Part shown: positions 1 to 9,089 of the stretch, in pieces
Layout of the letters: the number at the start of each line of letters is the position of its first letter
Numbering within the stretch: the first letter of the stretch is position 1
Assembly (NCBI GenBank): GCA_028068195.1
Contig: JAPTTX010000008.1
Span: 80,047 to 144,046 of the forward strand
Direction: 5' to 3'
DNA length: 64,000 bases
Source of the DNA: Gammaproteobacteria bacterium
GTDB taxonomy: Bacteria; Pseudomonadota; Gammaproteobacteria; Acidiferrobacterales; UBA6901
Position numbers and translations under genes: made by a program
Notes under the pieces: generated by a model
Databases searched by the model: none
The model's input: the letters and a program-made list of their open reading frames with translations, nothing else
What the model was told of the DNA's origin: nothing

Positions 1-8
1 ATGGCGGA

Positions 9-599
9 ATGTTCTACTACAACCGCAGCGTCAACAACGTCAACGTCAGAGTCATTCACAACACGTACTACCGCACCGTGGTTCGCAACGTGACGGTGAA
101 TCGCGTCAGCTACAGCGGAGGTCCGGGCGGGATCGCCCTGCGTCCGACACGGGCCCAGGAAGTCTACGCACGGGAACGGCACTTCGGGCTCACCCGCTCG
201 CAGATCCAGCATGAACGCACCGCGCAGGAAATACGGGCGCTGCGCGCTGCAGTCAACCATGGCCGTCCGACAATCGCAGCGACGGCAAGGCCCGGCGCGT
301 TCCGCGGACACGGGGTCATGCCGGCAGTCAGGGCGGGCGGCCGCTACCGGTCGCGCACGACGTTTCGTCCGGGGCAGCGCTTTGCCAGACCGTCGCAGCA
401 GCCGTATCGACGCAATAACCGGCCCTACCGGCCCGGCCTGCCGAACGGGATGCAACGACCGCATCCGAACCGGGGCCCGGTGCGACGGCCCCCCGGCAGG
501 GCGCGGCCCGGACGGCCGCAGAACCGGCGGCGGGCGAATCCCGGTCCAGGTCGCGAGCACCAAAGCGGAGACAGGAATCGCGGCTATGGACGGCCGTAG
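9..599 (+). CDS. hypothetical protein with Arg/Pro/Gly-rich low-complexity C-terminal half; possibly 5'-truncated by the window edge
   Basis: ORF track 196 aa. The frame stays open back to nt 3, so the true start may lie upstream of the window. N-part is ..NVNVRVIHNTYYRTVVRNVTVNRVSY..; C-part is RP/RG-rich. No family recognised. Confidence 0.3.
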   Translation: MFYYNRSVNNVNVRVIHNTYYRTVVRNVTVNRVSYSGGPGGIALRPTRAQEVYARERHFGLTRSQIQHERTAQEIRALRAAVNHGRPTIAATARPGAFRGHGVMPAVRAGGRYRSRTTFRPGQRFARPSQQPYRRNNRPYRPGLPNGMQRPHPNRGPVRRPPGRARPGRPQNRRRANPGPGREHQSGDRNRGYGRP

Positions 600-727
600 G
601 CGGTTGCGCACCGGGGAAACGCCCGGCCGCCGCGGCATCCGCGGGTCGACAGCCTTATGCGCGCCGCTTCGGCGCTGGATATCGCCAGCCTGACGTCGGT
701 GTTCTGATCGCCTTGCGTACCGACACC

Positions 728-1792
728 CTAGGGCATTGGGTCCGCAATCGCCTCGAGGCGGTACTTCGTACCTACGACGCTTGGGGCGTACCGGCCGGGT
801 GCGAAAACCTGCGCCAGCCGCGCCTTGGCCCGCCAGCCGGTACAGTGCCCGGGCGCAACCAGGCGGGGCGCGATGCGGTCACGCAGGTCACGGACGGTCG
901 CCTCGATCCTCTGCTCCATGGTCTTGCCGGCAAGATGGTAACCTCCGAGCACAAGATCGACCGGCAGCCCGGGAAAGTGGGTCTTGGCGCTGAGGCACGC
1001 ATTCACGATGCCGGCGTGGGAGCAAGCCGAGAATACCGTCACGCCCCGCCCGCGGACCCAGGCCGCGATGAAACGCTCATCCATGATCAGCGGATCCGAT
1101 TCGCCGACATCACCGCGGAACGTATGGTGGCCAAAGAGACCGGTTTCATAGTCGGTCACACGGCTGATTGCCCCGCTTCCGAAAAACAAGCCGCCGCACA
1201 GGCAATGAGGGTCGCGCCGGGTAACGATCTCGCCCCCGCTTTGCGCAATCGCGTCGAAAGTGGGCTCCGGGGCGAGCAGAATCATCACTCCGTTCGGCAG
1301 CAGTATGCCGCGCTGGTCCGGCCGGTCCGGATGCAGATCGACGATCGGTCGTCCCAGGCCCGCCGCCGCCCGCGCCTTGCTGATGGCGGCGATGACTTGC
1401 GGAAAACCGCCGCTGTGATCGAAGTGCCAGTGCGACAGGAAGACCGCTTCGATAGCCGCGAGATCCACATCGAGGCGCCGGGCGTTCTCCAGCCAGACGC
1501 CGGCGTCCGGTCCGACGTCGAACAGCATGCTGTGGCGGCTGTCGCCCCGCCAACCGGTGATCAGCACCGACAGGCCGTGGCATGCGCAGCACAGCTGATC
1601 GAACACGGTCTTGCATTCGTGCCCGGCGAAGTTGCGGCTTGCCGGAGCCCGGGCCGCGCGGTGGACAACTTCCGGAATCTGCGGCACGCCATCATCGACG
1701 CTCGACAGCGTATCCGTTTCGTTGTCAACGACGACGAGGATTTCCAGCGCGTCGAGCGCCGCTACGCCGTCCGGAGCCGATGCTTGATCCAT
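728..1792 (-). CDS. MBL-fold metallo-hydrolase (COG1237-like)
   Basis: HWHFDH (HxHxDH) metal-binding motif; LEILVVVDNETD N-terminal strand; later SHAG..GGYHL segments. ORF runs 728..1894. Start placed at MDQASAP (ATG 1792, purine-rich stretch upstream); alternatives are 1813 and 1894. Confidence 0.75.
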   Translation of the reverse strand: MDQASAPDGVAALDALEILVVVDNETDTLSSVDDGVPQIPEVVHRAARAPASRNFAGHECKTVFDQLCCACHGLSVLITGWRGDSRHSMLFDVGPDAGVWLENARRLDVDLAAIEAVFLSHWHFDHSGGFPQVIAAISKARAAAGLGRPIVDLHPDRPDQRGILLPNGVMILLAPEPTFDAIAQSGGEIVTRRDPHCLCGGLFFGSGAISRVTDYETGLFGHHTFRGDVGESDPLIMDERFIAAWVRGRGVTVFSACSHAGIVNACLSAKTHFPGLPVDLVLGGYHLAGKTMEQRIEATVRDLRDRIAPRLVAPGHCTGWRAKARLAQVFAPGRYAPSVVGTKYRLEAIADPMP

Positions 1793-2134
1793 AGGAAGCC
1801 GCCCCTCTCTCATTACATCCTGCCCTGCCGCGTTCCGCGATGGACGCCATCCCGGTACCGGGGATTTCGCATCATGGTGCCAATTGCGGAACACGACGGC
1901 AAGCTCCAGATCCGCACAGGGAAAAACCGGGGAATGTTGATCGTGTGAGCCTGCGGCGGGAAATCACTTTGACTGCGGCCGGCGCCGGCATGCCGTGACT
2001 GCGCACCGTGCAGCGAACCGAGGATTGATGGACCGCAACAGGAGGCAGCAAGCTGCGCCGCGCCCTGCCTGGATCAGCCGCGCCAGGGACGCGCCTGCCG
2101 CGGCAATCCGGACGATGGGCCGGCCAGCGCGTCG

Positions 2135-2523
2135 CTACCGGGACCAGTTATACGCCTGCACGACTCCATGGCGGTTGAACTGCACTTCGAGCATCTTGAG
2201 ATGCGCACTGCGCAGCCGTGGCAGCTTTCCCTCACCGTAGAAATACGTCCACTTGGTGAGGCGCTCGCCATTGCTCTGCACCACGACGCCCGTGCTGTTC
2301 GGCGCACCCAGCCAGCTCCGCACCTCGGCCTCGGTGGTATGGCCGCGCTCCACCTGGCTCGCGAAAGTCTGCACGCTGAAGTCCCGCCCCACCTGAACGG
2401 TACTGCAGGCTCCGACGAGCAGGGCCACGGCTCCGACCGCGAGGAGCGCAAAGAAGCCCCGCAGCAGACCTGCCCTTGCCGGCCCGGCGCTGGCGGCCAG
2501 CTGCTCCTGCGTCGCGCCTGCGG

Positions 2524-2527
<4 letters not shown>
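2135..2527 (-). CDS. SmpA/OmlA (BamE-like) outer-membrane lipoprotein
   Basis: Lipobox LLVGAC; the mature part follows the SmpA_OmlA pattern (..GHTTEAEVRSWLGAP....W.Y.Y.....L.V.F...GVV..Y). GTG start overlaps the degP-like stop (GTGA at 2524-2527). Confidence 0.55.
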
Positions 2528-4029
<1,502 letters not shown>

Positions 4030-4215
4030 CCAGACACCTCCAAGTGAACATTGTATCAGCGACGATTAATGCCGTTCCCCCGGCCGGACAGCCCGCTCCG
4101 GATCGGGGTATACCTAACCCATGGATCATGGAACGGGCAAAAAGTTCTGCGATCTGCCTGCCATCGCTCCCCGAGGCCGCGCCGTCCCTGCCGGAACCCG
4201 CCGTGACCGGTCTCG

Positions 4216-5061
4216 CTACCGGTATCGCGCAAGTTCCGGGTCGGTAATCTTCTGCTCCGGCAGTCCGGTGATGGAAGGGAGTCGCGATAGTTTCGGCAGG
4301 CCGAAGATCGCCTGCACGTCCCCCGCCTTGTTTTTCCAGACCAGCGTCGGCGTCCCGTTCGACCCAAAGCGCGTCATGAGCCGCCCGTTCTGGCTGATGC
4401 GGGCGAGACTGGCCGCAGACGGCTTGCCCAGGGGTTTGATGCCCCCATCCTCCGTGGCCGTATTGAAGCTCGATTCATTGTGGCGGAATGCCGCCTGCGG
4501 ATCCTTCGCCTGCATGATTGCCGCCGCCTTGCCGGCCGAGGTCGGCTTCAGAAAGGCGACCGGAATCCATCTTACCTGCAGTCCCGCCTTTTCGTACGGT
4601 TGCAGGGCCTTCCAGGTCAGGTGACAAAAAATGCAGTTGGGATCGAAGAAGACATACAGGACGCTCTTGGCATGGTGGACCGCCCCTTCAACGATATAGC
4701 CGGTCGACCCGAGACCTCCGAACAGCTTGGCGTAATCCGGCTTGGGGATGAATTTGGCCCGGTACGCAGATGTCAGATCGGCCCCGGTCTTGTCCATCAG
4801 GACGCCGACAATCATGGTCTGCCCGTCCGGCGTGGTGAACGCCATCGAGTACCGCCCGTCCCGGGACAGCACCCAGCCCGTCAAACCGGAAGCCGCAGGA
4901 AACTTCCTGACCACCCTCATCCCGTGATGGACGGCCATCTCGACCGGTGGCGGGTATGCAGCCGACGCGGGCATACCCGCCATGGCGTCTGCCGTCAGCA
5001 GACCAAAACAGATCAGCACTGCCGCACGTAACCGCCTGCCTGCCAACCCCGGTTGTCTCAT
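4216..5061 (-). CDS. DsbC/DsbG-family thiol:disulfide interchange protein
   Basis: Thioredoxin-fold CxxC in FFDPNCIFCHLTW; signal peptide MRQPGLAGRRLRAAVLICFGLLTADAMA when started at ATG 5061 (ORF extends to 5112); C-terminal GTPT loop (cis-Pro) present. Confidence 0.75.
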   Translation of the reverse strand: MRQPGLAGRRLRAAVLICFGLLTADAMAGMPASAAYPPPVEMAVHHGMRVVRKFPAASGLTGWVLSRDGRYSMAFTTPDGQTMIVGVLMDKTGADLTSAYRAKFIPKPDYAKLFGGLGSTGYIVEGAVHHAKSVLYVFFDPNCIFCHLTWKALQPYEKAGLQVRWIPVAFLKPTSAGKAAAIMQAKDPQAAFRHNESSFNTATEDGGIKPLGKPSAASLARISQNGRLMTRFGSNGTPTLVWKNKAGDVQAIFGLPKLSRLPSITGLPEQKITDPELARYR

Positions 5062-5148
5062 CGTTGACCTTGTCGAGAATTTACCAAATATCTGTGCCTG
5101 GCGAGCCGGCATTCAGGCCATTATGCCACATTCCTGGCTGCGGGGTGG

Positions 5149-5760
5149 CTAGGCGGGCTTGGGCGGTGCCGGAACCCGGCTGCGCAGCAGGTCATTCTCG
5201 TCCTCAAGCACGGCGACGCAGTCGGCGAGCTCGCGATTGACGCGTCCCAGCCGGTCGATCTGCTCGAGCAGCTCGCGGCCCTGCTGCGGGTCGGTAACAA
5301 CATGGGCCACGTGCTCCTTGAGTTTGTCGATCTCCCGCACCGTACTCTCAATCAGCGCCCGAGTATCGACGGATTTCGCTGCCAGGACGCGGTCAGCATC
5401 GGCATCAGCGGCGGACGGCAGGGATGAGGTGCCGAGGGCCAGGAGCCGCTCGCTCAGCGCTGTCCAGAACGGTTCATCGCGCCGGGATTGCCCGGCGCAT
5501 CCGCGTTCGAATTCGAGATATGCGGCGCGCAGCTTCAGCCCTGAGGCAGCGCTGCCGTCGGCCGTCTTGAGACGCGCACGCGTCTGCTGCAGCTCCTGAT
5601 CCAGATAGTCGGTTACTTTCGGTGCGGCCGGGGCCTGGCGCCGGGCAGCATTCTGGCGGGCCGCCCTGCGCGCCTTCATAAACCAGTACACCATGAGCAC
5701 GACGGCAACGAACAAGGCCTCGAGCAGAACCAGGAACATCGCAACGCTGATCTCGATCAT
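5149..5760 (-). CDS. hypothetical single-pass membrane protein with cytoplasmic coiled-coil region
   Basis: N-terminal TM helix (ISVAMFLVLLEALFVAVVLMVYWF) followed by heptad-like E/R/L-rich sequence. Start overlaps the stop of the upstream VWA gene by 4 nt (5757-5760). Confidence 0.5.
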   Translation of the reverse strand: MIEISVAMFLVLLEALFVAVVLMVYWFMKARRAARQNAARRQAPAAPKVTDYLDQELQQTRARLKTADGSAASGLKLRAAYLEFERGCAGQSRRDEPFWTALSERLLALGTSSLPSAADADADRVLAAKSVDTRALIESTVREIDKLKEHVAHVVTDPQQGRELLEQIDRLGRVNRELADCVAVLEDENDLLRSRVPAPPKPA

Positions 5761-7361
5761 TGTTCTTCCCGGTCCGCATCCTGCCCGTCATCCGACCCGG
5801 CAGCCGCAGCGCGCGGCTGCCTCAGGGCCACGACCAGCAGCACAACTCCGCCCAAGACCAGATTGAGCAGCACGAAGATGGAGAGCACGATCCACAGGCT
5901 GAGCGGCCTGCGGACCGGCGCAGCCGGGCGCGGTGCCACCGGCACACGCGGTGCGGCAACCCTCGGCGGCGACGTCGCCGGCTTCACGGCCGGCGGGGTC
6001 AGGGTTGGCGGCACGACCGCAACCGTGGCGGCAACCGGCGACGCGGGCGGCAAGGAAACCGCTGCCGGATTAACGTAGACATAGCGCACCGCTTCGCGCT
6101 CGAACGTCTTGCCAGTTGCGATAAGGGTGATCTTGTTCAGGCCCGCCTTCCACAGAGACACCTGCCCGCTGTAGATACCGTTGTTGCCGCCGCCGGCGGA
6201 CAGCGGCGGCAACAGCCGGTATCGCGCGGACACGCCATCCGGCTGGCGAACTACTGCCTGGATGCGGGTGGACGCCAGTACCTGCGGCTGGGTGATGATG
6301 TGGCCGGCGCGCGTAAGCCAGGCCCGAAGCACAGGTTCGGCGCCCTGAAGAACATCGTGGGCGGCTGATTCAGTCTTGAGTTTCAGATCCGTGAGCACAT
6401 AGGCCTTGTCCCCTCCGGAACTGGCGAGCACTGCCCACCGGCCGGCGTCGGGGTGGGCGACCGTGATCATGTCGAATAGCGTCGAGACAAACCAGCGCAT
6501 TGACGGTGGCGATCTGTGTGCGCTGTAACGAACACCGCGCGGACTTTGCAGCACAATCTTGACGCCCGCACCGCTTTTTGATGCCACGATCGTCACTTCC
6601 CTCACGGCGCTGTCCACCAGGAAACGGCCACCCTTGACGACCAGCATGTCGGGATGCTTGGTGCTCTCGAACAGGTCGGTGAACACGCGGTGCAGGTCGG
6701 CATCGGTACGGGCCAGCCGGAACTGTCCCGAAGTGCTGCGCGCGATCCTGCCAAGCAGTTTGGTGTCGGAATTCAGCGTGAAGGCTATGGTGTCGACCCG
6801 TATGCCCTGCTTGCGAAGCTGCGGCAGCAGCTGGTTCCGGATCCGAAGCGTCAGGGCCGCATCGAGCGCCTTGTGGCCGGTATCCATCTTGCCGTCGGAC
6901 ATAAGGATGATATAGCGCCGCCGTCCGGGATTCCCTTCCTGCACGAGCATTCTCTGGGCGCTGCGCAGCGCATCATAGATATTCGTGTGGGCACCGTTGG
7001 AGGACACCTTGTCGATGGCCCTGAAGAGCAGATGTCGCTGGCGCGCCGGGCTGGGCGCAGTGAGTCCGATGAGCGGATAGCCCAGATCGCTGAAGCTGAT
7101 CACCCCGACCCGGTCGTGCGCGCCGAGCAGCGACACGAACAGCTTTGCCGCCGGCACCCGCAGCTTCATTGGATCGGTGAATTTCATGCTGCCGGAGCTG
7201 TCGATCACAAGCACCGCGTCAATGCCGTGCCCGGCGGCAATGGCCGGTCCCGCCGACAGCAGCAGCGCGAGCCCCATGGCAATCACCCGCAAGCCGTGCC
7301 AGATGGTGGATCGGGCCCTGCAACGGGGCCGTTTCCGCGCACCGCGCATCCTGTGCAGCAT
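5757..7361 (-). CDS. von Willebrand factor A (VWA) domain protein, exported, C-terminally membrane-anchored
   Basis: Signal-like N-terminus; MIDAS motif VLVIDSSGSMKF; later ..ILMSDGKMDTG... Pro/Ala/Val-rich linker, then TM helix (LSLWIVLSIFVLLNLVLGGVVLLVVAL) and an acidic tail. Confidence 0.75.
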   Translation of the reverse strand: MLHRMRGARKRPRCRARSTIWHGLRVIAMGLALLLSAGPAIAAGHGIDAVLVIDSSGSMKFTDPMKLRVPAAKLFVSLLGAHDRVGVISFSDLGYPLIGLTAPSPARQRHLLFRAIDKVSSNGAHTNIYDALRSAQRMLVQEGNPGRRRYIILMSDGKMDTGHKALDAALTLRIRNQLLPQLRKQGIRVDTIAFTLNSDTKLLGRIARSTSGQFRLARTDADLHRVFTDLFESTKHPDMLVVKGGRFLVDSAVREVTIVASKSGAGVKIVLQSPRGVRYSAHRSPPSMRWFVSTLFDMITVAHPDAGRWAVLASSGGDKAYVLTDLKLKTESAAHDVLQGAEPVLRAWLTRAGHIITQPQVLASTRIQAVVRQPDGVSARYRLLPPLSAGGGNNGIYSGQVSLWKAGLNKITLIATGKTFEREAVRYVYVNPAAVSLPPASPVAATVAVVPPTLTPPAVKPATSPPRVAAPRVPVAPRPAAPVRRPLSLWIVLSIFVLLNLVLGGVVLLVVALRQPRAAAAGSDDGQDADREEQ

Positions 7362-7469
7362 CGATTTCAGAAATCCTCCCCGAACCGCTCATGTGATTGA
7401 TTGGAAAAAGTATAGCTGCTCATTACTCCCGCTGCGCAGCGCCCTGACCGGTCTGGCCGCATCCCAGCG

Positions 7470-7507
7470 CAATTCAAACAATGTATTATTATCAATAAGT
7501 TGAATTG
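7470..7507. promoter_or_regulatory. AT-rich island with 8-bp inverted repeat (CAATTCAA-N22-TTGAATTG); possible operator or promoter element
   Basis: Read directly: caattcaa at 7470-7477 and ttgaattg at 7500-7507 flank an AT-rich spacer. It is the only strongly AT-rich patch in the 757-bp gap upstream of the VWA operon start (7361). Confidence 0.2.
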
Positions 7508-7661
7508 GCATCTGCCTGAAAGCTTTAATTCCCGCCGCTGCCGATTGGAGCACCGGCAGCCGGTGGGTTAAGCTATTTGCACAAGGCCACCGCTACCGCA
7601 AGCCCCGAAAATCACCGATCATAAAGCGGAGCCGGCAGCCCGGGAGCAACCGGTCACTCTC

Positions 7662-8045
7662 ATGCAAATCCGCGCGACGCCACTGCCTAGCGATATTCCG
7701 GGTTCACAACCCGGGGTAGCGGGTTCGACCGCATCCCAAGGCATCCTGACGGTCCAGCCGCCAGAAGCATCCGGACGCCGCCCGGCCGGGAACGCAACGC
7801 CCCAGGCCCGCCCCCCGATCGTACGCGTCATCGAAGGGGCGCTGGTGGACGCGCAGCTGAGCGTCGATTCAGCCTGGACGGCGGTCCGGCGGTCCACCGC
7901 CCTGCGCGGCCGCATTATCCCGGCGACCGGACGGTATGGAGGCGGCGATGCGCGTTCACGCAAGGCAATCTCGTCATACGCGCAGATCGGCGCTGCCGAC
8001 GGACACGCAGCAAATCCGGGATCACTGCTGAACCGCTACGCCTGA
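7662..8045 (+). CDS. hypothetical protein (weak call)
   Basis: 127-aa ORF with G/C-biased third positions, lying in an otherwise empty 757-bp gap. No recognisable motif and no convincing SD. Confidence 0.2.
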   Translation: MQIRATPLPSDIPGSQPGVAGSTASQGILTVQPPEASGRRPAGNATPQARPPIVRVIEGALVDAQLSVDSAWTAVRRSTALRGRIIPATGRYGGGDARSRKAISSYAQIGAADGHAANPGSLLNRYA

Positions 8046-8118
8046 GAATTCCGCAGGGCGATGCGCATCCTGCCGGAACGCGCGGCCCGAATCGTCCGCA
8101 GACCACGCGGAAGCCGTC

Positions 8119-9078
8119 GTGCAGCGGGCCGGGAACGCTTGCCCGATGGATCCGTTGTCTGCCATCCACGGTCGAAGGCTACACCGACGCATGCCGAATG
8201 AGATCGACGTAGCGAGGGCCCTGCAACGACCGGATGGCGCCGTCATCGCCTACCGCCGGTCATCGGCAAGCACGGCCTCCGCGGGACTGATCGTGCTCAT
8301 CCACGGTATGGCGAGCAACATGACGCGCTGGTCGGAGTTCGTGCGGAACACGGCGCTCCGCAATACCTGGGACATCGTGCGCCTCGATCTGCGCGGCCAT
8401 GGAGCGTCGCTTGTGCGCCAGCACCTCGGCATGAGGCTGTGGTGCGAAGACATTGCCGCGATACTCGATGCTGAACAGCACAGGCACGCCGTGCTGGTCG
8501 GTCATTGCCTCGGGGCGAACATCGCGCTGCAGTTCGCCTCCCGCTTTCCGCAACAAACCCGCGGACTGGTGCTGATCGAACCGATTCTCCCGGCTGCCCA
8601 GTCCGGCCCTCTCAGGGCGGTGCGCGTACTGAGACCCGCCATCGCGACGCTGGCAGCCGGCGTGCGCATGCTCAACCGTATGGGCGTGCATCGCCGCCGG
8701 ATACCGGCGCTCGATCTCGAGGATCTCGACCGGGTTACACGACGCGCCATGGCAACTGATCACAATGCCGAATCCCTGATGCGCCGTTACGCCTCCCCGC
8801 GGCAGGATCTGCGGTACATGCCGAGCGCCAACTATCTAGACGACCTGCTGGCGGTAAGCGGCCCCCTGCCCCCGCTGGCCGAGGTCCGCTCACCATCGCT
8901 GGCCCTGCTGTCGACCGGCGCGGCGTTCAGCGATCTCGAACGTACGCGCGAACTGCTGGCGAGGCTCAGCGGTAGCCGCCTGCTCACGCTCGACTCGCGA
9001 CACTGGATTCCGACCGAAGCGCCCGACGCAATGCGGCAGGCGATCGAACACTGGTGCACGGGCCTGATCACGGGCTGA
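8119..9078 (+). CDS. alpha/beta-fold hydrolase with Cys in the nucleophile elbow
   Basis: HGMASN oxyanion-region motif; nucleophile elbow G-H-C-L-G (Cys codon TGC 8506-8508); C-terminal ..DSRHWIP.. (His). 8119 is GTG; ATG alternatives at 8146 and 8191, so the start is uncertain. Confidence 0.7.
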   Translation: MQRAGNACPMDPLSAIHGRRLHRRMPNEIDVARALQRPDGAVIAYRRSSASTASAGLIVLIHGMASNMTRWSEFVRNTALRNTWDIVRLDLRGHGASLVRQHLGMRLWCEDIAAILDAEQHRHAVLVGHCLGANIALQFASRFPQQTRGLVLIEPILPAAQSGPLRAVRVLRPAIATLAAGVRMLNRMGVHRRRIPALDLEDLDRVTRRAMATDHNAESLMRRYASPRQDLRYMPSANYLDDLLAVSGPLPPLAEVRSPSLALLSTGAAFSDLERTRELLARLSGSRLLTLDSRHWIPTEAPDAMRQAIEHWCTGLITG

Positions 9079-9089
9079 GCCGTACGGAC

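Noticed and set aside
7503-7580. Sigma-54-like TGGCA.../TTGCA elements (tggcatctgcc, tgggttaagctatttgca)
   Set aside because: The GG-to-GC spacing is 11-12 nt rather than the required 10, and the -12 element is not matched in the first candidate.
7698-7714. tRNA T-arm-like hairpin (ccggg-ttcacaa-cccgg), with gggttcgacc nearby
   Set aside because: No matching acceptor stem, D-arm or anticodon arm exists at tRNA spacing. The only complementary acceptor-like 7-mer is about 120 nt away. I found no tRNA in the window.
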